Source: a virus (Duplodnaviria; Heunggongvirae; Uroviricota; Caudoviricetes). Taken from it: a stretch of 10,164 nt of DNA. Numbering within the stretch: position 1 is the stretch's first letter; every line of letters starts with the position of its first letter. The notes beneath the pieces were generated by a model, which made no database searches, was not told where the DNA came from, and saw only the letters and a list, made by a program, of their open reading frames with translations. A program made the translations under genes and the position numbers. The stretch lies in the IMG/VR virus record IMGVR_UViG_3300009788_000100; one strand, given 5' to 3'. Of the stretch, positions 1 to 7,551 are shown piece by piece.

Positions 1-630
1 GTAGATGCCTGCTATAGTATCTGACCCCATGAAGTTAACTAAGTGCGCAGCCCCGCCAATCATTGCTGATTCCTGGGAAGATACCCCCCGGCTTCCAAAG
101 TCATGTAGTTTGAAGGGCAGTTCAGCCGCAGCATTATCTGAGGTTTCCTTTAGGTAATGGTAGATCATTTGCTTGATGTACCACGATTGGGTGGCTACCG
201 TGATGGGGTACCATACGCGCAGAAGAAGGGTCTCTATGTAGGACACCAACCAGAAAACTTTAGGGTCAGTGGACTCCACTGACATGAGAATGTTATGCGT
301 CGGTACAACGGTTCCTTCCGGTACAGCCCGTATTCGAATAGGAAGCTTACCCTCTAGTTCCTCTGCGATGTACATCCATCCTTCGATGTTGAACGGGGTT
401 CCGTACAGTTTCGCGAAATCAGCTGTTTCGAGAACGTCTTCAACGGTCACGCGCTGGGATAGATACCGTTTTAAGTAGTACTGAAGCCCAAAGAAAACTG
501 TAAAGTCATACCTTCCGCCGGGTCTAGATTCCAGATAGCTAAACATCTTCGTAGTGTTCGGCGGATATTGTGAGAAGTGGCTAAACTTATATCCGTCTGT
601 ATCTAGTACTAGTGAAAGCAAATAGTTCAT
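1..630 (-). CDS. nadV: Nicotinamide phosphoribosyltransferase (NAMPT/NadV), N-terminal 210 aa; gene continues beyond the left edge
   Basis: Not in the ORF track; translated by hand from ATG 630 (SD AAGGAG at 643-638): MNYLLSLVLDTDGYKFSHFSQYPP...FFGLQYYLKRYL...LPIRIRAVPEGTVVP...WLVSYIETLLLRVWYPITVAT...KLHDFGSRGVSSQESAMIGGAAHLVNFMGSDTIAGIY. The motifs TDxYKxSH, AVPEG, LHDFGxRG and AHLVNFxG(S/T)DT are NAMPT hallmarks. Confidence 0.95.
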   Translation of the reverse strand, partial: MNYLLSLVLDTDGYKFSHFSQYPPNTTKMFSYLESRPGGRYDFTVFFGLQYYLKRYLSQRVTVEDVLETADFAKLYGTPFNIEGWMYIAEELEGKLPIRIRAVPEGTVVPTHNILMSVESTDPKVFWLVSYIETLLLRVWYPITVATQSWYIKQMIYHYLKETSDNAAAELPFKLHDFGSRGVSSQESAMIGGAAHLVNFMGSDTIAGIY

Positions 631-633
631 GGT

Positions 634-675
634 TCATCTCCTTGATGAGTTGTTTCGGGGACTTCCCTAGTCCCC
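634..675 (-). promoter_or_regulatory. Two tandem GGA-pentaloop hairpins in the nadV leader
   Basis: mRNA sense: GGGGACU-AGGGA-AGUCCCC (675-657) and UCAUC-AAGGA-GAUGA (648-634). The second loop is the nadV Shine-Dalgarno. Confidence 0.5.
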
Positions 676-1239
676 TAATAGATCTAAATTTTTAGCTACC
701 CTGCGTACCCAGTTTTTCCATTCTTCTAAGCCCATAACCGACTTGGAGGTATTACAGATCTTACAGCACGGCACGCAGTTGTTCTCCAAGTAACCCTTGC
801 TGTTGTCCACGCGGTCTATACCGTTATACATTATTTTACGGTCGCCCGATTTGCGTTTATACACAGTGCGCTCTGTACTGGGAAGAGTCCCGCAGTAGTA
901 ACAATTTTTGCCCACTTGTTGGCAGAAAAAGTCGAAGCTAAGATCAAATAAATACCCACGTATAGCCGCTTGCTTTTTATACTTTCTATACAACTCTCGC
1001 TTAGGCCCGCGGTTATCCGGTTGGCGGCGCCCCGGCCGCGGGCTTGAGTACCCGCATGAGCAAGACTGGTGTTTACCAGAACGGAGTGCGTAACTCCGGG
1101 CATAGGTTTCCCCTCCGCAGGCACACCTACAAAAATAAGCTTTCTTATCTTTATCTAGGTACACAACAGTAAGGCGACCAAAAACTTCGCCTGGCTTTAT
1201 AGGGTTTGTCTTTGCGATGACTCTCTCCCTCCTGCCCAT
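667..1239 (-). CDS. Free-standing HNH (His-Cys/Zn) homing endonuclease
   Basis: N-terminal GEVFGRLTV...CRCACG...LRSGKHQSCSC module, CYYC, and C-terminal GIDRVDNSKGYLENNCVPCCKICNTSK, typical of phage HNH endonucleases. Confidence 0.85.
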   Translation of the reverse strand: MGRRERVIAKTNPIKPGEVFGRLTVVYLDKDKKAYFCRCACGGETYARSYALRSGKHQSCSCGYSSPRPGRRQPDNRGPKRELYRKYKKQAAIRGYLFDLSFDFFCQQVGKNCYYCGTLPSTERTVYKRKSGDRKIMYNGIDRVDNSKGYLENNCVPCCKICNTSKSVMGLEEWKNWVRRVAKNLDLLGD

Positions 1240-1267
1240 TAGGTTCAGTTCCCTTCCTGGGAACCTA
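1240..1267 (-). promoter_or_regulatory. Hairpin sequestering the HNH ribosome-binding region
   Basis: mRNA UAGGUUCCCAGGAAGGGAACUGAACCUA-AUG has two alternative stems, GUUCCC/GGGAAC (loop AGGAA) or UAGGUUC/GAACCUA. Both enclose the purine-rich AGGAAGGG. Confidence 0.45.
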
Positions 1268-1269
1268 CA

Positions 1270-1833
1270 TTATAGTTTATATGCTGTTTCAAGAGCAGTA
1301 ATAATCTGGTCTTTATTATCCCCTGTGTATCGTGTGCTTCTTATGTGGTTGTGGTTCTTATTCCACGGTTGGTCTATGATAATGACCTGCCCTTCGGGCC
1401 AAGCTTCGAGCCAGGGTAGGTAGTAATCAGGCCAGTCTTCTACTAATAACGCACCACGAACTAAACTCTTATCCTCCGAGATAGTCATCTTTACTTCGGG
1501 GACCCACATGTTCCGCCACTCCAGCTTCTCCGACCAAGCATTTGGTGTGTCTTTTGGGGCTTTAGTCAGTATATGTCGTGTGAACCCTGCCGCTTTCGCC
1601 ATGTTGAACACGTCGAAGCCAGGTCCGTGGGGTGTGAGGTCGCGCCAGAAGCCAGGCGTACGCTGGATTTCTTTACGGCGCCGGTATAGGTGGTCGTTCT
1701 GACCAAGAGTGTCTTCAAATGTAACACTAGGCTCACCCGGGCTCTTCAAGAGGTTTAATCTTTCTAGCATTGCCGGCATGTACCTGACCAGGGTAGAATC
1801 CAAGTCAAATAGAGCTATCTTTTGTTCTTTCAT
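1270..1833 (-). CDS. HAD-superfamily 5'(3')-deoxyribonucleotidase (NT5C-like)
   Basis: Motif I FDLDSTL, PGFWRDL, ILTK, EKLEW, LLVEDWP and QPWN match the NT5C-type pattern. SD GGAGG upstream. Confidence 0.85.
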   Translation of the reverse strand: MKEQKIALFDLDSTLVRYMPAMLERLNLLKSPGEPSVTFEDTLGQNDHLYRRRKEIQRTPGFWRDLTPHGPGFDVFNMAKAAGFTRHILTKAPKDTPNAWSEKLEWRNMWVPEVKMTISEDKSLVRGALLVEDWPDYYLPWLEAWPEGQVIIIDQPWNKNHNHIRSTRYTGDNKDQIITALETAYKL

Positions 1834-1834
1834 T

Positions 1835-2887
1835 TTATACCTCCGGTAGTCTATTCGTCAGTATGCTATCGTTTAGTAGCTCTCTGCGCGTACCGAGCGT
1901 CGGGATGTTGGGATTGTGTTTGTGGCTGGTGGCCTTCTCGACATCATGCGCCGACTTGATAAAGGCGTCAACCTCTTCCTCCGAGTACTCAGAGAAGATC
2001 TGCCGTTCTACACAACGGTCTTCAATAATTTCTTTGGCTCGCGAGTGGGACATTCCAAAGCTAACACCAGTCGCTAGCTCTAACCGAACAGCATCCATAG
2101 CACGGGACATTCGCTCGATAGTGCCGACAGAAAGATAGCCCCCAGTTGTTAGGTTGAGCTTCGAATAGGTCCAGCCCACACCGTAGGTACTTTTGAGCTC
2201 GTCCTCGTCGTTATGCCCCACCTCTCCAACTCCATGCAGATCCGGAGAGGGAGCGGCCACGAGGATGCTGACTGGTACTCCAAGACCAAGACCGAGCTGA
2301 AGTACTTCGCCCTTGCTGAGCATGGCAATAGGATTGGTATCTACCTCACCGTCCCCTCCCTTCTGGTAGAAGCGGAGCCAACGGTCTTCACACTCGTTGC
2401 CGGTGCCGTGACGTATCCCATTCCCCATAAGACGGTTCATAAACCTTCCAATGGGTGCTCGTATGCAGGAACGGAACGAACCCAAGATGGTGGGATCTGC
2501 TTCTATGCGTTCCAGGATGCTATCCTTTGCATCTATATACTTGTTGTAGTTCTTCTCACCGCTAGAGGCCAGCTCTTGCGCTGCTATAGTGGTAATTTCA
2601 ACTAGGTTGTCGAAGTCAACGCCCAGGTCTAGGACAGCTAACTTAACACTGAACTTAGCAGCAACCTCCTCTGCTCTCTTCTCCGAATCTTCGGAGGAAT
2701 CAATGTCAGAGTAGACCGCAGTGATGTTTTCTGGGCCCACGGCTTTTGCCAGAAGGCCCAGCATAACAGCAGAATCCACTCCACCAGAGACATCTAGCTG
2801 GGCTCGGGGAATACCAGCTTTCTCGTGGTAGTTGCGAATGGCGGTTACTCTGTTTTCTATAAGTTTATCTACGTCGAGTACAGGCAT
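1835..2887 (-). CDS. nadE: NH3-dependent NAD+ synthetase-like protein (NadE family, no glutaminase domain)
   Basis: P-loop SGGVDS, GTGNECE, FYQKGGDGEVDTNPIAMLSKGEV, PSPDL and DEDEL. True start is probably ATG 2887 (SD GGAGG overlapping the nadM stop) rather than TTG 2899. Confidence 0.9.
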   Translation of the reverse strand: MPVLDVDKLIENRVTAIRNYHEKAGIPRAQLDVSGGVDSAVMLGLLAKAVGPENITAVYSDIDSSEDSEKRAEEVAAKFSVKLAVLDLGVDFDNLVEITTIAAQELASSGEKNYNKYIDAKDSILERIEADPTILGSFRSCIRAPIGRFMNRLMGNGIRHGTGNECEDRWLRFYQKGGDGEVDTNPIAMLSKGEVLQLGLGLGVPVSILVAAPSPDLHGVGEVGHNDEDELKSTYGVGWTYSKLNLTTGGYLSVGTIERMSRAMDAVRLELATGVSFGMSHSRAKEIIEDRCVERQIFSEYSEEEVDAFIKSAHDVEKATSHKHNPNIPTLGTRRELLNDSILTNRLPEV

Positions 2888-2889
2888 GG

Positions 2890-3945
2890 CTACCTCCAAT
2901 CCGAACGAATAAAGTAGTTGATTATGTGGAGGTGGTCTGAGAAGAAGTTCTCCTCATGTAGGGCTAAGTCACTGACTGGTAACCAGAAGGCCTCAGCTGC
3001 GTCGTCACCCCCTTTAACCGTCGGGAGGGGCCCGAGCCTATCGATCTGCATAAAGAAGGCATGCGTGATTGTACGGCCTCTCATGTCCCTTGAGGGGTGG
3101 TCGAAGACGTGGTCGCCCTTGAGCGCTCTCTTTAGCTCAGACTTAGGGAACCGGATATCGGTTTCCTCCTTCAGCTCTTCCATACAAGAATCAAAGATCT
3201 TTGTTCCTGTTTTAAGGAAGCCCCCGGGCAGTGCGAACATTCCCTTCCCCGGGTTTAGCTTACGTTTAACTAGGAGAACGTGTCCTGCTTGGATGATAAC
3301 AGCATCGGTTGTTACAAAGACCGGGGGGAAAGGTGCCGACTCCCAGCGCTTTTTATACTTTGTGAGATACGCCTGCTCCCTGACTAAATCCTCGAAGCGA
3401 CTCTCTTTGCTGTAGCCCTCCAGGTGTTTAAATACCTCAGGAGGGAGAATGCGAAAATTATTGAAGCTTGCCTTTCCTTTGGAAAAGAAGCCCTCCCCCA
3501 ACGAGAAAAGCTCTTCCCGTATATCAGTGGCGTTGGCGTCGAAGTAGTTAGGTTCCGACACTAGTTTCCACTGCGGAAAGAGCTTTAGGTAGTATGAGCT
3601 ATCGTCCTTAAAGTGTCCGATAATCTTGACATTTTTGGAGTCACCCACCTCTTGAGAGATGGCATTCTGGATTCCGGTGAGCCAAGTAAGGTCACTATAC
3701 AAATAATCCCGAGCTGGAGCGAAACTTACTCGGTCCAAGTACTCGGGAGGCAGCGCAGCGCGAATCATTTCGACTCGCTCTTCATATGTCCAAGGGTTGC
3801 GTAGACTTCTAGCGGCCCGGTAGCTTCCTACAACTATGACCAGGCGCTCCGCTTCTTCTTCCAGTGCGTTAGTGACTATCTTTAAGTGCGCTTTATGAAA
3901 AGGTTGGAATCGCCCGATGAATACACAGTATTCTGCTTTTGACAT
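2890..3945 (-). CDS. nadM: Bifunctional NMN adenylyltransferase / Nudix hydrolase (NadM-Nudix, NatV-like)
   Basis: [52 protein letters not shown], then [10 protein letters not shown]...LPGGF...EELKEET...RGRTITHAF...[10 protein letters not shown]...FFSDHLHII. Start ATG 3945 has SD AAGGAG at 3957-3952. Confidence 0.93.
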   Translation of the reverse strand: MSKAEYCVFIGRFQPFHKAHLKIVTNALEEEAERLVIVVGSYRAARSLRNPWTYEERVEMIRAALPPEYLDRVSFAPARDYLYSDLTWLTGIQNAISQEVGDSKNVKIIGHFKDDSSYYLKLFPQWKLVSEPNYFDANATDIREELFSLGEGFFSKGKASFNNFRILPPEVFKHLEGYSKESRFEDLVREQAYLTKYKKRWESAPFPPVFVTTDAVIIQAGHVLLVKRKLNPGKGMFALPGGFLKTGTKIFDSCMEELKEETDIRFPKSELKRALKGDHVFDHPSRDMRGRTITHAFFMQIDRLGPLPTVKGGDDAAEAFWLPVSDLALHEENFFSDHLHIINYFIRSDWR

Positions 3946-3964
3946 TCTTGTCTCCTTTGTTTCA

Positions 3965-3981
3965 GCCATCTCCCTGATGGC
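3965..3981 (-). promoter_or_regulatory. GGA-pentaloop hairpin at the predicted 5' end of the NAD operon mRNA
   Basis: GCCAUC-AGGGA-GAUGGC, located between the -10 box and the nadM SD. Confidence 0.5.
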
Positions 3982-3991
3982 CTACACTATT

Positions 3992-4020
3992 AATATAAGA
4001 TAACTCCGGCTGTTTGTCAG
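3992..4020 (-). promoter_or_regulatory. Sigma70-type promoter upstream of the NAD operon
   Basis: -35 CTGACA (4020-4015), 17-nt spacer, -10 TATATT (3997-3992). Each box matches consensus 5/6. Confidence 0.65.
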
Positions 4021-4472
4021 TCTAGTTTGAAGGGCAGCTTTGCTTGGCCCACCCCCCTTAAACTTGGCCCCCGCTCGCGCTCCTCCATCTCTCCCCACTC
4101 TTCTACGAGCTCGGCTTCTTCCCTAACATACTTGGTTATCTTTAGGGAGGCGCGGACTAGCTCACAGCCGCAGCGAACATGGTGGTCTCCGTAGAGGCTG
4201 AGGCGCTTCCAACCCCCGTTGAAAATTTCGTCGGCGCAGGCGAAGGAACATACGATGGCCGAAAAGGTGTTCCCTCGTCCGCTTCCAAGCTTGGTCGTGG
4301 CGACCTTGTCGAAGGTTCCAGACATCTCCGCCAGGTGCTGATCATTGCAGAACGCACCCATCTGGAAAAGTTTCTCGCAGCTATCACACTTGAGGGCCCG
4401 TAACTCTGGCTTGACCTCAACGGTTTGGGTCCTCTTCTTCCGAATGCTCCTCTTGAGGATTACTGTACTCAT
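4017..4472 (-). CDS. Hypothetical protein with CxxC...CSxxC (FCS/TRASH-like) zinc-binding motif
   Basis: LKCDSCEKLF...IVCSFACA; fits the packed minus-strand array. Confidence 0.6.
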   Translation of the reverse strand: MSTVILKRSIRKKRTQTVEVKPELRALKCDSCEKLFQMGAFCNDQHLAEMSGTFDKVATTKLGSGRGNTFSAIVCSFACADEIFNGGWKRLSLYGDHHVRCGCELVRASLKITKYVREEAELVEEWGEMEERERGPSLRGVGQAKLPFKLD

Positions 4473-4497
4473 CCCTAATCCTGTCCGCTCTTATTCA

Positions 4498-4752
4498 TCA
4501 CTGCGCCTCTGTATTGACAGTGGCGGCGAGGGCGTCAAGTAGGGGAGTGGTGTTCGGTATTTCCTCACCACTAAATGTTTTCAGGAGTTCCCGGTAGTTC
4601 TTGTCTTTACGAGTGTAGAAAACATAGTTGTCGCCTTCAATGTACTCGAACTTAATCTTTGGAACGATGACTCCGAGGCGCTGAGCGAACCCCTCAGCAC
4701 TGAAGGCAGTGTGGAACGTGAAGACTGTGGGAAGATTTACATTAGTAATCAT
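4498..4752 (-). CDS. Hypothetical protein (84 aa)
   Basis: ATG 3 nt after the upstream TAG; no recognisable motif. Confidence 0.55.
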   Translation of the reverse strand: MITNVNLPTVFTFHTAFSAEGFAQRLGVIVPKIKFEYIEGDNYVFYTRKDKNYRELLKTFSGEEIPNTTPLLDALAATVNTEAQ

Positions 4753-4755
4753 AGT

Positions 4756-5058
4756 CTATGTCTTTCTTTTAAAGTTAAATTTTTCTCGGATCGTTTTAAG
4801 AAATAGGGGCTCGTGACTTGATCTAATACCACAATAGGAACCCACCGCTCCGCCCAAAAGGTCAGGAAGCATAAGCCAGTGAGAGTCGGCAACAACCCAA
4901 ATAACAGAGAGCCACCCAATAGCGGCTAAAGTCACAGCAAGAATTGCCCCTCGTATAGGTTTGTTTGTTTCCCTTGCTTTTTGCCAGAACACGGACAGCC
5001 AGTCACTGCTTGTTGAAAACAGGAAGATGGCTAAAGCTTGCAGCGTAAAATAAAACAT
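4756..5058 (-). CDS. Small membrane protein (about 3 hydrophobic segments)
   Basis: FYFTLQALAIFLFS, GAILAVTLAAIGWLSVIWVV, WLMLPDLLGGAVGSYCGI; basic C-terminal tail. Confidence 0.65.
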   Translation of the reverse strand: MFYFTLQALAIFLFSTSSDWLSVFWQKARETNKPIRGAILAVTLAAIGWLSVIWVVADSHWLMLPDLLGGAVGSYCGIRSSHEPLFLKTIREKFNFKRKT

Positions 5059-5060
5059 CT

Positions 5061-5876
5061 TTAACCCAGACTGTTGGCGAGGTACATAAACGCGGTGCGG
5101 GTAGTAGTAGGAACAGCATAAGCTTGTTCTAGTTTTCTAACTTTGTTTATAATCTTTAATTTTTCTCCGCCTAGTACGGCAAAGCCGCAGCTCATGCGAT
5201 AGCTACTAGCTTGGGGAACTAAGTCGAGCAACAGTCTTATGTTTTTAAGCTGTTCGGTATCGCTACGTTCTTCCCGTTTGTAAGTTTTCCTAGGCAGGCC
5301 ATTTCGAAAGTGGCGCTTACAAGCCAGAGAGCCATCTTTATTCCAGTAAGTCGCCCAACCGTGGGGCCTCCCGTTGATTAGATACAAGCGACAGCGCTTC
5401 TTCTGATTAGCCCAGTAGTAAGTTGTATACCCGGTTAGTTGGCCTGCTTTATAGTAACAAGTTTCTGTAAGCTGTCTGTTGTGGTAGAACTTCCACAAAC
5501 CACAACGTTTACCCTTCTCGTACTGCCCCTTAATCCAGCCGGTAAGTTGGGAATCTCCGTGGTGTTTATTATCTTGCTTGTCGATTCGACTTATTCGTTT
5601 ACCGGAGGAAAACCCGAATATCTCTATGCGTCTTAGCTTTCCGAGCTTCGTTACCTTCTTTATTATATTTCCACCATCATACGTACCGATAGTTGTGCGC
5701 CCGTTCTTTTTGATCTCTATATCAGATACTATGTAACTCGAGTCCCAACTGGGTGTAATAGTAACTGTAACGAGCGCCCCCTCGATGTATCCAGCTTTTA
5801 CCCTAGATAGGGGGGTTTCGGTACATAGAGGTAAGGTGTCCCAGTCTTCCGAGCTCGTTTTCTGTGGAAGTTGCAT
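5061..5876 (-). CDS. MORN-like (YwqK-type) beta-hairpin repeat protein
   Basis: Repeats GQYEKGKRCGLWKFY / CYYKAGQLTGYTTYYW / YLINGRPHGWATYWNKDG; TAATG overlap with the upstream gene. Confidence 0.7.
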   Translation of the reverse strand: MQLPQKTSSEDWDTLPLCTETPLSRVKAGYIEGALVTVTITPSWDSSYIVSDIEIKKNGRTTIGTYDGGNIIKKVTKLGKLRRIEIFGFSSGKRISRIDKQDNKHHGDSQLTGWIKGQYEKGKRCGLWKFYHNRQLTETCYYKAGQLTGYTTYYWANQKKRCRLYLINGRPHGWATYWNKDGSLACKRHFRNGLPRKTYKREERSDTEQLKNIRLLLDLVPQASSYRMSCGFAVLGGEKLKIINKVRKLEQAYAVPTTTRTAFMYLANSLG

Positions 5877-6781
5877 TAGAAGTTATTCCTGCGTAGAAAA
5901 CTTGCCAGGTTTTTGTTTATTTTCGGCGGCTGTTTTTGTTCTTCAAGTCCGAGCATTTGTCCTATAGCTTTGGTATAGCGCTCCAGCGTAGTAGCGTGCT
6001 CATCCGTGAGGCAGGGAGTGGAGTTTATCTCTAAAACTAGGGGGCTGCCCTCGGGGGGCACCATGATATCTACAGCTCCCCAGTGTAGACCAAACTCAGC
6101 TATTGTTTGTTTACCCACTTGACGAAGGCTGGGTAGAACAGGGTCCTTGTGGTCTTTGGGGTAACCGAAGAACCAGCCGCTGTCGTGGTTCTTAACAATA
6201 GCGCTGTGCTGAACTCCGTCGCCTGGAAGCTTTTCCGAAATTTTTATCACCCTGTAGTCCTTGGCCTCAAGGCCGCCAAGCTGAGGGTTAGGAGCCATCA
6301 CATGAACGCGAAATTCTCGTGTATTGCGAATAAACTTTAAGAAGTGGGTTGCCCCCCTCGAAGTCGCTCTGTTGAGTTCTTGCAAAGTTTTACAATACCA
6401 CAACCCTCTTCCCCGCATATGGTGAGTTGTTCTCGCGATGACGGGGAGGTCGTGCTTTGAAACATTACTTGCCCTTAGCCACAACTGGGGAGCAGGAATA
6501 CCTAGCTGTTTAAATCGAATGCGCGCACCGCGCTTGTTTGAGCTACGAGCAACGGCTTCTGGGATGTTAAGGATATTGCTGTCATTAGCGTTGATTGGTT
6601 TATACCACCCAACATTAATAATGTGGTCGAATTTTTTTCCTTCTCTATAAAGTTTGTAAAGTCTTTCCTCTCGCCCCTTTAGGATAAGGTGACCGGCACT
6701 GGAAAATACTCTGGCTAAGTTATTTCCTAAAACCCTGCCAGACTGCAGGCCATTTTTTGCGTAGAGGATAAACAACTTCAT
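5876..6781 (-). CDS. ATP-grasp ligase (RimK-like / phage-type amidoligase)
   Basis: SSNKRGARIRFKQLGIPAP, LPVIAR, GRGLWYC, REFRVHV, KNHDSGWFF, FGLHWGAVDI, VLEINSTPCL. Start is probably ATG 6781 (ATGA overlap with the upstream stop). Confidence 0.8.
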   Translation of the reverse strand: MKLFILYAKNGLQSGRVLGNNLARVFSSAGHLILKGREERLYKLYREGKKFDHIINVGWYKPINANDSNILNIPEAVARSSNKRGARIRFKQLGIPAPQLWLRASNVSKHDLPVIARTTHHMRGRGLWYCKTLQELNRATSRGATHFLKFIRNTREFRVHVMAPNPQLGGLEAKDYRVIKISEKLPGDGVQHSAIVKNHDSGWFFGYPKDHKDPVLPSLRQVGKQTIAEFGLHWGAVDIMVPPEGSPLVLEINSTPCLTDEHATTLERYTKAIGQMLGLEEQKQPPKINKNLASFLRRNNF

Positions 6782-7551
6782 AAGTAACTCCGGTATTCTT
6801 CTGCGTTGGAGCAATAGAGATGTGCTGACCTGTCGGTGCCCTTGTATAGGCTAACATTGACTGCGCCCGGTTTAGTGTCTTCCTCCCAGTTATCCCAGTC
6901 GTTTGGTACTTCGTGCATGTCGCATATTGTTTGCATTCCCGCCGAAGCAAAAGGGTACGCTAAACAGTCGTGCATGGTGTCCTTTTCTATTCCTCGGGCA
7001 GCGCTAAAGCGGATACCGGTTACGTCACAACCCTTCAGCTTAGCTCCATAGAATTTAGTACCATGGTTGACGATAACATTTTCTAAAAGGGTTCCTTCAA
7101 TTAAAGCGTTCGAGAGGTTAGCGTTGCCAAAATTAGATCCTGACAAATGGCTAACAGTAATAAAGGCATTCTCCAGAAGAGCATTAGTAAAATCTACGGT
7201 ACCTATGCACCCATAGATCTGCAAGCTTGAAACATCGGCGCCATTAAACTCAGTTTTGTGGAAGGTACACTCGATAAAATGTAGTACGTCCGCGCCGATG
7301 TTGTCAAAACAAACTTTAGAAAGGTCACACCGGTTGAAGGTGGTGCCGCTGAAATCAGCAAGTGAAAAGTCCCAACCCTTTAACTTACAGTTTAAAAACT
7401 CACAGTCCTCAAAATACCCGCCGTCAAGGTGGCGTGCATTAGATTCGTTAATTTCTAAGCCTTCTATTCGTAGCCCTGCCCAACGCTGTCCCTCGAACGA
7501 TAAGCCTTGTTGGCACTGGTAGAAAAACTCTAACTCTCTACCTTTTTTCAC
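6778..7551 (-). CDS. Pentapeptide-repeat protein
   Basis: Long 5-residue periodicity (FEDCE FLNCK LKGWD FSLAD FSGTT FNRCD LSKVC ... LSGSN FGNAN LSNAL IEGTL LENVI); GTG start with GGAG SD. Confidence 0.88.
   Translation of the reverse strand: MKKGRELEFFYQCQQGLSFEGQRWAGLRIEGLEINESNARHLDGGYFEDCEFLNCKLKGWDFSLADFSGTTFNRCDLSKVCFDNIGADVLHFIECTFHKTEFNGADVSSLQIYGCIGTVDFTNALLENAFITVSHLSGSNFGNANLSNALIEGTLLENVIVNHGTKFYGAKLKGCDVTGIRFSAARGIEKDTMHDCLAYPFASAGMQTICDMHEVPNDWDNWEEDTKPGAVNVSLYKGTDRSAHLYCSNAEEYRSYL

Noticed and set aside
2888-3969. ORF-track starts at 2899 and 3969 (likewise 6814 and 8341)
   Set aside because: Downstream ATGs (2887, 3945, 6781) have properly spaced SDs or stop-start coupling. 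At 3969 the GGAG abuts the ATG. TTG 8341 falls inside the structured-RNA candidate.
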